Assembly (NCBI GenBank): GCA_036401215.1
Contig: DASWVN010000240.1
Coordinates: 4,036 to 68,035, forward strand
Length of the DNA: 64,000 nucleotides
Direction: 5' to 3'
Source: Vicinamibacterales bacterium
Lineage (GTDB): Bacteria > Acidobacteriota > Vicinamibacteria > Vicinamibacterales > 2-12-FULL-66-21
In this document: piece after piece, positions 28,474 to 38,262 of the stretch
Layout: each line of letters starts with the position of its first letter
Numbering within the stretch: position 1 is the stretch's first letter
Program-made: the position numbers and the translations under genes
The notes under the pieces: model-generated
Seen by the model: the letters and a program-made list of their open reading frames with translations, nothing else
Databases searched by the model: none
Told to the model about the DNA's origin: nothing

Positions 28474-28983
28474 ATGCCCTCTCCGGTAGGCCATGCGCTG
28501 GGCGGGCTGGCTGCGGGATGCTTCGTTTCGCGCCGGCTCGATCCCCGCATCCTCGTGACGTTCGCCGTTGTCGGCACGCTGCCCGACTTCGACTTCCTCC
28601 TCCCGATCCAGCATCGCGGCCCGTCGCACAGTGTCACCGCCGCGGCTGGCGCCTTCGTCGTGGCGCTTCTCCTGCTCGAGTTCGTCTGGCCGACGCGGCA
28701 CCGCTTCAGGCTCGCGGTCGCCATCGGGGCTGCGTATCTGTCGCATACCGTGCTCGACTGGCTTGGCGAAGATACCTGGTCGCCGAACGGCATCATGGCG
28801 CTCTGGCCCTTCTCGCTGACCTTCTACATCTCGGGACTCGACGTCTTCAACTCCGTGAACCGGAGGTATTGGGTCGCGGGCTTCTGGCGCGACAACACCA
28901 TCGCCGTGATCCGCGAGATCGTGGTGCTGGGCCCTATCGCCGCACTCGCGTGGGTCGTGTCGCGACGGCGCGGCGACGGGTAG
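28474..28983 (+). CDS. membrane-bound metal-dependent hydrolase (YdjM/YbcI-like)
   Basis: Begins MPSPVGHALGGLAAG; multiple TM segments with conserved His/Asp (SHTVLDWLGEDT). Confidence 0.7.
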   Translation: MPSPVGHALGGLAAGCFVSRRLDPRILVTFAVVGTLPDFDFLLPIQHRGPSHSVTAAAGAFVVALLLLEFVWPTRHRFRLAVAIGAAYLSHTVLDWLGEDTWSPNGIMALWPFSLTFYISGLDVFNSVNRRYWVAGFWRDNTIAVIREIVVLGPIAALAWVVSRRRGDG

Positions 28984-28998
28984 CCCTGCCGGTTCAGC

Positions 28999-29850
28999 TC
29001 AGTACGTGTAGAACCCGCGTCCGCTCTTGCGACCGAGATGTCCGGCCGCCACCATTCGCTTCAGCAGCGGGCAGGGCCGGTACTTGGGATCGCCGAGCCC
29101 CTCGTGCAGGACGTTGAGGATCGCCAGGCAGACGTCGAGACCGATGAAATCGGCGAGCGTGAGCGGCCCCATCGGGTGATTCATCCCGAGTTTCATGATG
29201 CCGTCGATCGCTTCCGGCGTGCCGACCCCCTCCATCAGCGCGTAGATCGCTTCGTTGATCATCGGCATCAGGATCCGGTTCGCGATGAAGCCGGGATAGT
29301 CGGCTGCCTCGAGCGCCGTTTTTCCGAGCCTGGCACACAGTTCGGAAGCGACCGCCATCGACTCGGTCGACGTGGCCTGGCCTCGGATCAACTCGACGAG
29401 CGACATCAGCGGGACCGGGTTCATGAAGTGCATCCCGAGCACCTTGTCCGGGCGCCCGGTCGCCGCTCCCAGCAGCGTGATCGAGATCGAAGAGGTATTC
29501 GAGGAGAGGATGACGTCGGGCCGCGTCAGCGCATCGAGGTGGCGGAACAGGGTCCGCTTCGCCTCGACGTCTTCGACGATCGCCTCGACGACGAAGTCGA
29601 CATCGGCGAGCGCTTCGACGCTGGTGCCCGTGGTGAGCCGGCCCAGCGCGGCGTCACGGTCTTCGGCCTTCAGCTTGCCCTTCTCGACGAACTTCCCCAG
29701 GCTCTTCTCGATCGTGGCCCGTGCCCGCCCGAGCGCCGGCTCCACCGCGTCGACGAGCTGCACCTGGAAGCCCGATTGGGCGAACACCTGCGCGATCCCG
29801 TTGCCCATCGTGCCGGCGCCGATCACGCCGACCCGTTTGATATCAGCCAT
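28999..29850 (-). CDS. hbd: 3-hydroxybutyryl-CoA dehydrogenase
   Basis: [21 protein letters not shown] Rossmann motif, ...NTSSISIT..., C-terminal [11 protein letters not shown]. Confidence 0.93.
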   Translation of the reverse strand: MADIKRVGVIGAGTMGNGIAQVFAQSGFQVQLVDAVEPALGRARATIEKSLGKFVEKGKLKAEDRDAALGRLTTGTSVEALADVDFVVEAIVEDVEAKRTLFRHLDALTRPDVILSSNTSSISITLLGAATGRPDKVLGMHFMNPVPLMSLVELIRGQATSTESMAVASELCARLGKTALEAADYPGFIANRILMPMINEAIYALMEGVGTPEAIDGIMKLGMNHPMGPLTLADFIGLDVCLAILNVLHEGLGDPKYRPCPLLKRMVAAGHLGRKSGRGFYTY

Positions 29851-29889
29851 CCCGCGATTATCCCTTTGCGCGGCGTGCCAGCACAACAG

Positions 29890-30090
29890 GCGACGGCAGC
29901 CACAGCATCCGATTCAACGACAGCCACAGGGCCGGCGTCGTGGATGGGGAGTCACAGGCGGCCACGAGCCGCTCACGATCCAGCTGCGGCTCGGGGCCGC
30001 CAGTGACTCCCCATCCACACCGCGCTTCGCGCGGCCGCGGGCCGGTACTGATTTGCAGCTCTCCGTGTTTCTTCTGTGGTTCTTCTGCGG
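29890..30090. repeat. structured intergenic element: 2x ACGrCAGCCACAG, then 24 nt inverted repeat with nested hairpin
   Basis: cgacggcagccacag and caacgacagccacag. Arms: gtggatggggagtcacaggcggcc (29940-29963) and ggccgccagtgactccccatccac (29995-30018), 23/24 complementary. Inner stem: gagccgc...gcggctc. Confidence 0.85.
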
Positions 30091-30091
30091 C

Positions 30092-31270
30092 TTACATTTC
30101 GACCGCGAGCGCGACGCCGTTGCCGCCGCCGAGGCACAGGGAGGCGATACCGCGGCGCGCGCCGCGGCGCTTCATCGCATACAGCAGCGTGGTCAGGACG
30201 CGCGCGCCGGAGGCGCCGATCGGGTGGCCCAGCGCGACGGCGCCGCCGTGGACGTTGACGCGGGCGGGATCGATGCCAAGCTCGCGCATTACCGCGACGA
30301 GCTGCACCGAGAAGGCTTCGTTGATCTCGAAGAGGTCGACGTCCTTCAGGTCCCAGCCGATCTTCTTCGCCACCTTCCGCACCGCTTCGACCGGCGTCAT
30401 CATCACCATGCCGGGCGCCAGGCCGCTGGTCGCCTGGCCGATGATCCGCGCGATCGGCGTGATCCCGAGCGCGGCCGCCCGCGATTCGGATGCGATCACG
30501 AGCGCCGCCGCGCCGTCGTTGACGCCTGGCGCATTGCCCGCGGTGACGGTGCCGTCCTTCTTGAACGCGGGCTTCAGGCGGGCGAGCACGTCGACCGTCG
30601 TGTCGGGGCGGATCGGCTCGTCGGTGTCGACGATGATCGGGTCCCCCTTCTTCTGGGGGATCGAGATCGGCAGGATCTCGTCCTTGAACCATCCCTCACG
30701 CGTCGCGTGCGCCGCCTTGCGGTGCGAGTCGGCCGCGTAGGCGTCCTGCTCGGTGCGGCTGACGGAGTACTTTTCGGCGACGGTCTCGCCCGACATGCCC
30801 ATGTGGCAGTTGTCGAACGCGCACCAGAGACCGTCCTGGATCATCGTGTCGACCAGCGTGCCGTGGCCCATGCGCAGCCCTTCCCGGACGCGGGGGGCGA
30901 TGTAGGGCGCGTTGCTCATCGATTCCATACCGCCGGCCACCGCGATCTCGATGTCGCCGGTGGCGATGCCCTGGGCCGCGAGCATGACCGCCTTCAAACC
31001 GGACCCGCACACCTTGTTGACCGTCAACGCCGCGACGTGCTCGGCGAGACCGCCGTTGAGCGCGGCCTGCCGGGCGGGATTCTGACCGGCGCCGGCCTGG
31101 ATGACGTTGCCCATGATGCACTCGTCCACGAGCGCGGGATCGATGCCGGCCCGGGCGACGGCTTCGCGGACGGCGAGCGCACCGAGCTGCGGCGCGGTGA
31201 ACTCCTTGAGCGCGCCGAGGAACTTTCCGGTCGGGGTACGGACGGCGGAGAGGATGACGGAGTGATTCAT
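30092..31270 (-). CDS. acetyl-CoA C-acetyltransferase (thiolase II)
   Basis: Starts [17 protein letters not shown]; active-site contexts [10 protein letters not shown], ...[28 protein letters not shown]. Confidence 0.95.
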   Translation of the reverse strand: MNHSVILSAVRTPTGKFLGALKEFTAPQLGALAVREAVARAGIDPALVDECIMGNVIQAGAGQNPARQAALNGGLAEHVAALTVNKVCGSGLKAVMLAAQGIATGDIEIAVAGGMESMSNAPYIAPRVREGLRMGHGTLVDTMIQDGLWCAFDNCHMGMSGETVAEKYSVSRTEQDAYAADSHRKAAHATREGWFKDEILPISIPQKKGDPIIVDTDEPIRPDTTVDVLARLKPAFKKDGTVTAGNAPGVNDGAAALVIASESRAAALGITPIARIIGQATSGLAPGMVMMTPVEAVRKVAKKIGWDLKDVDLFEINEAFSVQLVAVMRELGIDPARVNVHGGAVALGHPIGASGARVLTTLLYAMKRRGARRGIASLCLGGGNGVALAVEM

Positions 31271-31275
31271 GGGAT

Positions 31276-31551
31276 TCAGAGCTGCACCGAGATGCGCGTA
31301 ATCGTGTGTTCGCCGAGCAGATCCTGGAGCTTGGGGAGGATGACCGCCTTTGCCCGGTCGATCTCCTTCAGCCATCGCGGATCCGCGGACCGGACGCGCA
31401 GTGTCGCGCCGTCCAACTCTACAGACGTCACGCGGGCGAGTGCGGGTCCCACCGCGAGGTGCCACGCAAAGCTCGTGCGTGCAGGGGATGGCGGCTGCCG
31501 TCGCACGACGCCGGCGATCACGCCACCCGCAAAGGTCCCGATCGGTCGCAT
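31276..31551 (-). CDS. DUF721 (DciA-like) domain protein
   Basis: 91 aa; [35 protein letters not shown] pattern. Confidence 0.7.
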   Translation of the reverse strand: MRPIGTFAGGVIAGVVRRQPPSPARTSFAWHLAVGPALARVTSVELDGATLRVRSADPRWLKEIDRAKAVILPKLQDLLGEHTITRISVQL

Positions 31552-31578
31552 GGATCCAATCGCCGATAGTATCAGGTG

Positions 31579-32142
31579 ATGCGGCTCATCCTGGCATCGG
31601 CGTCACCACGGCGCTCCGAACTACTCCAATCGGCAGGGTTCGCATGCGAGGTCGAACCGGCGGATATCGACGAGGTGCCGCAGGAAGGCGAGGCGCCGGT
31701 GGCCTACACCCTGCGCGTGGCCCGCGAGAAAGCGGAAACGGTAGCGGCCCGTCATCGCGGAGAGGAGGACGTCGTCGTGCTCGGCGCGGACACGGAAGTC
31801 GTGCGCGGCCAGCGAATCCTTGGCAAGCCGTCCGACGTCGCCGGCGCCCGGCGTATGCTCGAGATGCTCTCCGGGCAGGACCACTGGGTTTATACGGGCG
31901 TGGTGGTGATCGGACCGGGCCACCAGGCATCGGAGGTGGGATCCACGCTCGTCTCGTTCTCCCCGATGACGCCGGAGGAGATCGAGTGGTATCTCGAGTC
32001 CGGCGAACCGATGGGGAAGGCGGGCGCGTACGCGATCCAGGGGCTCGGCGCGCGGTTCATCGAGCGTATCGAAGGCTCCTGGTCCAACGTCGTCGGACTG
32101 CCGATCGCGATCGTCCACCGCCTGCTGCGTGAAGTACAATGA
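31579..32142 (+). CDS. maf: Maf-like nucleoside triphosphate pyrophosphatase
   Basis: [16 protein letters not shown]..., [14 protein letters not shown] at 31576 is an alternative start. Confidence 0.93.
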   Translation: MRLILASASPRRSELLQSAGFACEVEPADIDEVPQEGEAPVAYTLRVAREKAETVAARHRGEEDVVVLGADTEVVRGQRILGKPSDVAGARRMLEMLSGQDHWVYTGVVVIGPGHQASEVGSTLVSFSPMTPEEIEWYLESGEPMGKAGAYAIQGLGARFIERIEGSWSNVVGLPIAIVHRLLREVQ

Positions 32143-32178
32143 AATCCGTTCATTTCACCCGATGAGCGAGTGCCGCTG

Positions 32179-32592
32179 ATGAAGTCCAAAACAATCAAGA
32201 TCCTGCTCACGGTCGTCGTGATGGTGGGCGCGTTGAGTTCCCTGATGTACACCACCCTCGTCGAGGGGACCGAATACTACAAGCACGTCGAAGAGGTGAT
32301 GGTGGATCCAGAGCCATGGCATGGCAAGAAGCTGCAGCTTCACGGATTCGTCGTCCCCAAATCGATCATGCGGAAGCCGGGCACGCTCGAACACATCTTC
32401 CAGGTCCAGAGCAAGGGATATGTCGTGAACGCTCGCTACACCGGAACCGTGCCCGACACGTTCCAGGACAATTCCGAGGTCGTGATCAAGGGGCACCTCG
32501 GACCGGACGGGTTCATCGTCGACCCGGGAGGCGTGATGGCGAAATGTCCCTCGAAATATGAGGCCGCGCCGGCGCAGCCGACCGGGAACTAG
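32179..32592 (+). CDS. ccmE: cytochrome c maturation haem chaperone CcmE, Cys-type (CxxxY instead of HxxxY)
   Basis: N-terminal TM anchor and OB-fold. Aligns with E. coli ...YEGILPDLFREGQGVVVQG...LAKHDENY as YTGTVPDTFQDNSEVVIKG...MAKCPSKY. Confidence 0.9.
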   Translation: MKSKTIKILLTVVVMVGALSSLMYTTLVEGTEYYKHVEEVMVDPEPWHGKKLQLHGFVVPKSIMRKPGTLEHIFQVQSKGYVVNARYTGTVPDTFQDNSEVVIKGHLGPDGFIVDPGGVMAKCPSKYEAAPAQPTGN

Positions 32593-32595
32593 GTC

Positions 32596-35070
32596 GTGGC
32601 CGCCCTCGGCACCTTCGTCCTTCTCGCCAGCTTCGTCGCCTGCGCCTACGCGATCGCGGTCTCCGTCGCGGGCGCGCGACGACGTTCCACTCGCCTCGTC
32701 GAAAGCGGCGTCGGCGCCTTCTATCTCGTCAGCGCGTTGCTGACCGTCGCGACCGGCGTCCTTCTGCACGCGCTCGTCACGGGCAACTACGCGATCAAGT
32801 ACGTCCAGCGCGTGTCGAACGACCAGCAGCCGCTCGCCTACAAGATCGCGGCGTACTGGGGCGGCCTCGACGGCTCGATCCTGTTCTGGGCCTTTCTGCT
32901 CGGGCTCTTCGGCGCGGTCGCGGTCCACATCAATCGGGAGCGGCACCGGGAGCTGATTCCGTACGTCGTCGCGGTGGTCGCCGCCACGGAGATGTTCTTC
33001 GTCTTCCTGATGGTGGTCCACAACAATCCGTTCTCGACGTTCCTGGCCAGCGCGCCGGCGGAAGGCGCCGGGCTGAACCCGCTGCTCCAGAACTTCTACA
33101 TGGCGATCCATCCGCCCGCGCTGTATCTCGGGTTCGTCGGCATGACGATTCCGTTTGCGTTCGGGATGGCGGCGCTGATCACCGGACATCTCGACGACGC
33201 CTGGATTCGCGCGGTCCGCCGCTGGACGATGATCGGCTGGATGTTCCTCACGATCGGCCTGGGGCTCGGCATGCTCTGGGCGTACGAGGAACTCGGCTGG
33301 GGCGGTTACTGGGCCTGGGACCCGGTCGAGAACGCGGCGTTGCTCCCGTGGTTCACGGCCACCGCGTTTCTGCACTCGGTGATGGTCCAGGAACGCCGCG
33401 GGATGCTGCGCGTCTGGAACGTGACGCTGGTGATCCTCACGTTCTTCCTGACGATCTTCGGCACGTTCATGACCCGGTCTGGCGTCGTCCAGTCGGTGCA
33501 CGCCTTCGGTGAAGACCCGGAACTCGCCATGATGTTCACGGTCTTCATGGCCGCGCTCCTCGTGTTCAGCTTCGGCTTCGTGATCTACCGGCTGCCGCTG
33601 CTGCGCTCCCGCAACGAGCTGGATTCGTGGGCCTCGCGCGAAGCGGCCTTCCTCGCCAACAACTGGATCCTGCTCTTCTCGGCGTTCTTCGTGCTGTTTG
33701 CGACGATGTATCCGACGCTGAGCGAAGCGATCCGCGGCGAGCGGCTCACGGTCGGCGCGCCGTTCTTCAACACGTGGATGCTGCCGGTCGGGCTCGTCCT
33801 GCTGCTGCTCACCGGCATCGGACCGCTGCTCGCGTGGCGCAAGTCCACGATGCGGAATCTCGTCCACCAGTTCCTCTGGCCCTTTGTCGCGACTGTGGTG
33901 ACCGGCGTGGCGGTCGTCGCGGCCGGCATCCGCATCTGGGCATCCGGAATCTGCTTTGCGTTGTGCGCGTGGGTGCTCGTGACGATCGTGCAGGAGTTCG
34001 TGCGCGGCGCGCGGGTGCGCAAGCAGACGACCGGAACCGACCTGTTCACCGCGCTCGTGGGGCTCTTCGGCCGCTCCCGGCGGCGCTATGCCGGCTACAT
34101 CGTGCACCTCGGCATCGTCCTGCTGTTCTTCGGCTTCGCGGGTGAAGGTTTGAAGAACGAGCTGGAAGTGAACATGTCGCCGGGTCAGGAGGTCACCGTC
34201 GGGGCGTTCACCGTCCGCCATGATGCGCTGCGCGTCACGGCTGACGCCCAGAAGCAGATGGTGACCGGGCACGTGACGGTCACCGAGGGGAGCAAGGCGC
34301 TGGGCACGATGACCCCGGCGAAGTGGTTCTTCGAACGGCGTCCGCAGGAACCGACGACTGAGGTCGCGATCCGCCGCGCCATCGGCGAAGACCTGTACAT
34401 CGTGCTCGCCGGCTTCGAAGTCGCGAACCAGAGCGCGTTCTACACCATCACGGTGAACCCGCTCGTCAACTGGGTCTGGTTCGGCCTGGGAATCATGGTG
34501 GTCGGCTGCGTCATTTCGATGCTGCCCGAGTCGATGTTTGCGGTGGCGATCGCGAAGATCCCGGAAGGGGCGGCGACGACCACGATGCTGGCACTTGCGC
34601 TGCTGCTGCCCGCATCGCTCAGCGCCCAGGGGGCCGACGCGCAAGCTGCGAGTGTCAACCCGAAGAGCGAACTCTACCAGTCGCTCGAACGGGAGATCAT
34701 GTGCACCTGCGGCGGGTGCCGGGCGCCGATGAGCGATTGCCCGATGGGCCCGAGCTGTCATGGGCTTGCGAGTCAGCGTGAGAAGCTCGCCGGGTTCCTG
34801 GCGGAGGGGATGACGCGCGACGAGGTGCTGGCCGCGTTCGTGCGCGACCATGGCAGCCAGGAAGTGCTCATGCGTCCGATCGACAAGGGCTTCAACCGGG
34901 TGCTGTGGCTGTTTCCGTACATGCTCGGCGGCACCGCGCTCGCCGGTGTGGCGCTGCTCGCGCGCCGCTGGTCGCACCGCGACCCCGAAGCGCCAACGCC
35001 GTTGCCGGACACGCCTGAGGACCAGGCGCTCAACGAGAGATTGAACGATGAGCTCCGGGATCTCGATTGA
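32596..35070 (+). CDS. ccmF: CcmF haem lyase fused to a C-terminal CcmH/NrfF-like thiol-redox domain
   Basis: 824 aa, GTG start. CcmF W-rich motif WGGYWAWDPVENAALLPW. C-terminal part LYQSLEREIMCTCGGCRAPMSDC...MTRDEVLAAFVRDHG...TM resembles CcmH. Confidence 0.9.
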   Translation: MAALGTFVLLASFVACAYAIAVSVAGARRRSTRLVESGVGAFYLVSALLTVATGVLLHALVTGNYAIKYVQRVSNDQQPLAYKIAAYWGGLDGSILFWAFLLGLFGAVAVHINRERHRELIPYVVAVVAATEMFFVFLMVVHNNPFSTFLASAPAEGAGLNPLLQNFYMAIHPPALYLGFVGMTIPFAFGMAALITGHLDDAWIRAVRRWTMIGWMFLTIGLGLGMLWAYEELGWGGYWAWDPVENAALLPWFTATAFLHSVMVQERRGMLRVWNVTLVILTFFLTIFGTFMTRSGVVQSVHAFGEDPELAMMFTVFMAALLVFSFGFVIYRLPLLRSRNELDSWASREAAFLANNWILLFSAFFVLFATMYPTLSEAIRGERLTVGAPFFNTWMLPVGLVLLLLTGIGPLLAWRKSTMRNLVHQFLWPFVATVVTGVAVVAAGIRIWASGICFALCAWVLVTIVQEFVRGARVRKQTTGTDLFTALVGLFGRSRRRYAGYIVHLGIVLLFFGFAGEGLKNELEVNMSPGQEVTVGAFTVRHDALRVTADAQKQMVTGHVTVTEGSKALGTMTPAKWFFERRPQEPTTEVAIRRAIGEDLYIVLAGFEVANQSAFYTITVNPLVNWVWFGLGIMVVGCVISMLPESMFAVAIAKIPEGAATTTMLALALLLPASLSAQGADAQAASVNPKSELYQSLEREIMCTCGGCRAPMSDCPMGPSCHGLASQREKLAGFLAEGMTRDEVLAAFVRDHGSQEVLMRPIDKGFNRVLWLFPYMLGGTALAGVALLARRWSHRDPEAPTPLPDTPEDQALNERLNDELRDLD

Positions 35071-35683
35071 CGAAAGCGCGGCGGCGCCCGCGCCGCGGGT
35101 CCGCCCTCGCGTCAGCGACGGCGGCGACCAGGGGTTCCGTCCCTGGCACTTCTTCGTCCTGGCCTCCATCCTGGTCGCGACCGTCGCGGTCATCGTGGCG
35201 CGCAGGTCGACGCCCGAACACCTGATCCTCATGAGTCTCACGATCGCGGCGGCCGGGGCGGCCGCGGCGGCGTTCTACCGCACCCTGGCGCCGCTCGTCG
35301 CGCCGCTGTTTCTCCCCCGGTCCGGTCCCGTCGACGATCGCACGCGCGACGCGCTCGAGCGCGAGAAGATGCTCGTGCTCCGCTCGATCAAGGAACTCGA
35401 GTTCGATCGCGCGATGGGGAAGCTGTCGCAGAAGGACTTCGACGAAATGGCTGGACGGCTTCGCGCGCGGGCCGTCTCGCTCATGAAACAGCTCGATCGC
35501 GGATCGCTGGGTTACACGGGTGCGATCGAAGAGGAGTTGAACGCGCGGCTGGCGTCGGCTCCGAAAGAGGCTGCGGACCCGGCGACGGAAGGCGCGATCA
35601 ACGCTTGCCCGTCCTGCGCCGTGGCGAACGACCTCGACGCAGTGTTCTGCAAGAAGTGCGGAACGAGGCTGGTGGCGTCGTGA
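35048..35683 (+). CDS. membrane protein with coiled-coil and C-terminal zinc ribbon (CcmI-like N-terminal module?)
   Basis: 211 aa; two TM segments; LRSIKELEFDRAMGKLSQKDFDEMAGRLRARA; CPSCAVANDLDAVFCKKCGTRL. Confidence 0.6.
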   Translation: MSSGISIDESAAAPAPRVRPRVSDGGDQGFRPWHFFVLASILVATVAVIVARRSTPEHLILMSLTIAAAGAAAAAFYRTLAPLVAPLFLPRSGPVDDRTRDALEREKMLVLRSIKELEFDRAMGKLSQKDFDEMAGRLRARAVSLMKQLDRGSLGYTGAIEEELNARLASAPKEAADPATEGAINACPSCAVANDLDAVFCKKCGTRLVAS

Positions 35684-36876
35684 GGCTGCGCTGCGCGCTG
35701 GTGCTCTCTCTCGTGTGGGCATTGCTCGCGCTCCCCGCGGCGGCGCAGATGCCGGATCCGAGACAGATGTCGGGCGTGCCGCTGCCCACCACCGAGATCC
35801 CCGCCGGCACGGTCACCGTACGCGTCGTGCGCGGCTCCTTGTCGAATCTCGTCGTCGATCAGCGCGTGGAGCTTTCCGGCGACGTCTCGGCGACGGCGAC
35901 CACCAACGATGCCGGGCGCGCCGAGTTCACCGGGTTGAAGCCCGGCGTGAGGCTGAAGGCGTCGACTACGGTCGATGGGGAGCGTCTCGAGTCGGAGGCG
36001 TTCACGTTGCCGGCCCAGGCTGGCGTGCGCCTGATGCTGGTCGCCACGGATCCTGAGGCTGCCGCGCGGCTCGAGGAGGATCGCCAGCTGGCCGAAGGCC
36101 CGGCAAAGACCGGTGTCGTGATCTTCGGCGAGCAAACGAGATACGTGATCGAGCTGGGGCAGGACGGCCTGAACGTCTTCAGCATCTACGAGATCGTCAA
36201 TACCGCGCGGGTGCCGGTCCAGCCGGCCGTCCCCATCGTCTTCGACGTGCCCGCCGGCGGCCGCGGCGTCTCGCTGCTCGAGGGAACGACCCCGATGGCG
36301 AAGGTCGAAGGGGATCGGGTCACGGTCAGCGGTCCGTTCCCGCCCGGAATGACGCTGGTGCAGTTCGGCTACACGGTTCCGTACTCGTCCAGCTCGCTGA
36401 CGATCTCGCATCGCATCCCCGCGGCGCTCGCACAACTCTCCGTCGCCCTGCAGAAGACCGGCAGCATGCGGCTGGATTCGCCGCAGCTGTCACAGCAGCG
36501 GGAACTGAGCGCCGAAGGCCAGACCTACATCGTCGGCAACGGACCGCCGCTACCCGCCGGCACCACGATCGCGCTCGACATCAGCGGACTTCCACACACG
36601 CCCTTCTGGCCGCGCAACCTGGCGGTGGCACTCGCGATCGTCATCCTCCTTGCCGGGGCGTGGAGTGCGGCAGCCGGTGGAAGCGCCGGCCGGGCCGCCG
36701 CGGAACGCCAGCGGCTCGAAGCCGAACGGGAGCGTCTGTTCGGAGAGCTGACCGCGCTCGAAGGATCCAAACGCGCCGGACGCGTCGAAGAGGAGGCGTA
36801 CAGCGTGCGCCGCCGGGAGCTGGTCGCGTCGCTCGAGCGGGTGTACGCCGCGCTCGACGACACCCTTGCCGCGTGA
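35680..36876 (+). CDS. exported protein with carboxypeptidase-regulatory-like beta domains, C-terminal TM and coiled coil
   Basis: GTG at 35680 overlaps the upstream stop (GTGA). Signal VRLRCALVLSLVWALLALPAAAQ; C-terminus ...LAVALAIVILLAGAW...LFGELTALEGSKRAGRVEEEAYSVRRRELV. Confidence 0.6.
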   Translation: MRLRCALVLSLVWALLALPAAAQMPDPRQMSGVPLPTTEIPAGTVTVRVVRGSLSNLVVDQRVELSGDVSATATTNDAGRAEFTGLKPGVRLKASTTVDGERLESEAFTLPAQAGVRLMLVATDPEAAARLEEDRQLAEGPAKTGVVIFGEQTRYVIELGQDGLNVFSIYEIVNTARVPVQPAVPIVFDVPAGGRGVSLLEGTTPMAKVEGDRVTVSGPFPPGMTLVQFGYTVPYSSSSLTISHRIPAALAQLSVALQKTGSMRLDSPQLSQQRELSAEGQTYIVGNGPPLPAGTTIALDISGLPHTPFWPRNLAVALAIVILLAGAWSAAAGGSAGRAAAERQRLEAERERLFGELTALEGSKRAGRVEEEAYSVRRRELVASLERVYAALDDTLAA

Positions 36877-37577
36877 CCGTGGACTTCACATCGATCACGT
36901 TCAAGGGCGTGTCCCGGAACTTCGGTCGACGACGGGCACTCGTCAACATCTCGTTCAGCATCGAAGCGGGGCAGCTCGTCGCGCTCCTCGGAGCCAACGG
37001 CTCGGGCAAGTCCACGCTGCTGTCGATTGCCGCCACGTTGCTGGCCCCGACATCGGGTGAGATCCGCTACGGCGAGACGACGGCCCAGGATGCCGGTGGA
37101 GCGCTTCGCCGCAGCATCGGCCTGCTGGGACACGATCTCTACCTTTACCAGGAGCTGACCGCCGTCGAGAACCTCCGCTTCTTCTCGGACCTCTACGGCC
37201 TGTCCGACCGCGAACGCCGGGTGCGTGAGGCCCTCGAACACGCCGCGCTCGTGGAGCGCGGCGACGATCCGGTCCACACCTACTCCCGGGGCATGCGCCA
37301 GCGGCTCGCGCTCGAGCGTGCGCTGCTGCACGAGCCGCGGCTGTTGCTGCTCGACGAACCGTTTACGGGGCTCGACGACGCCTCGGCGGCCGCGTTGCGC
37401 ACTCGGCTGACCGGGATCCGCAGCCGCGGAGCGATCGTCATCGTGACCACGCACGAACTCGAGGCGATCGACACGCTCGTCGATGCGGCCTACGTGCTGT
37501 CGCGCGGGCGGGCCGAGCGGCTGCCCGAGGGCGCGGGGTCGCTGCGGGAGCGCTATCGCAGGCAGGTGCAGGCGTGA
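36873..37577 (+). CDS. ccmA: haem exporter ATP-binding protein CcmA
   Basis: GTG at 36873 overlaps the upstream stop. Walker A GANGSGKST; signature YSRGMRQRLAL; LLLDEP. Confidence 0.88.
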   Translation: MTVDFTSITFKGVSRNFGRRRALVNISFSIEAGQLVALLGANGSGKSTLLSIAATLLAPTSGEIRYGETTAQDAGGALRRSIGLLGHDLYLYQELTAVENLRFFSDLYGLSDRERRVREALEHAALVERGDDPVHTYSRGMRQRLALERALLHEPRLLLLDEPFTGLDDASAAALRTRLTGIRSRGAIVIVTTHELEAIDTLVDAAYVLSRGRAERLPEGAGSLRERYRRQVQA

Positions 37578-38257
37578 GTTTTCTCTCGACCGTGGCACTC
37601 GTCGCGCACAAGGACCTGCTGGTCGAGACGCGCAGCCGCGAGGTCATCTACACCTCGATCCTGTTTGCGATCTCCTGCATCCTGGTGTTTTCGTTCGGGC
37701 TGGTGAAGGAGGGAAGGCTCGTCGCCGACGCGGCCGCCGCGATTCTCTGGATCACGATTGCGTTCGCCGGCACGCTGGCGCTCAACCGCATCTTCGACCG
37801 CGAGCGTCAGAACGAGACGCTTCGCGCGCTGCTGCTCGCGCCCGCATCGCGTGCCGCCATCTACGTGGGCAAGCTCGCCGGCGTTCTCGGGCTGCTCCTG
37901 CTCGTCGAGATCATCGTCGCGCCGCTGGTCATGCTGATGTTCAACGCGGCGTTGTTCCGTCATCCCAGCTACATGCTGGCGCTGCTGGTCGCCGGGAGCA
38001 TCGGCTACGCCGCCGTGGGCACGCTGTTCGCCGCCATGCTGGCACGATCTGCCGGCCGCGGCGCGCTGCTGCCGGTCCTGCTCTATCCAATCACGGTGCC
38101 GGTGATCATTGGCGGGGTCCGCGGCACGGCGGCGCTGCTGCAGCCCGACGCGGACCTGGCGATGGCGCGCGCGTGGCTCTCGATGCTGATTGCGTTCGAC
38201 GCGGTCTTCATCACGCTGTCGCTCTGGACGTTCGAACCGGTCATGACGGAGGGCTGA
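37574..38257 (+). CDS. ccmB: haem exporter permease CcmB
   Basis: 227 aa; six TM segments; overlaps the ccmA stop. Confidence 0.85.
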   Translation: MSFLSTVALVAHKDLLVETRSREVIYTSILFAISCILVFSFGLVKEGRLVADAAAAILWITIAFAGTLALNRIFDRERQNETLRALLLAPASRAAIYVGKLAGVLGLLLLVEIIVAPLVMLMFNAALFRHPSYMLALLVAGSIGYAAVGTLFAAMLARSAGRGALLPVLLYPITVPVIIGGVRGTAALLQPDADLAMARAWLSMLIAFDAVFITLSLWTFEPVMTEG

Positions 38258-38262
38258 CGCGT

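Noticed and set aside
32155-35241. 1028 aa ORF on the minus strand
   Set aside because: It runs antisense to the well-supported ccmE/ccmF genes. The composition is Arg/Gly/Pro/His-rich and low-complexity, as is typical of shadow ORFs in high-GC DNA, and no domain is recognisable. The same reasoning applies to 18357-20321(-), 20915-22492(-), 49102-51015(-), 51238-52689(+), 9968-11314(+) and most other overlapping track ORFs.
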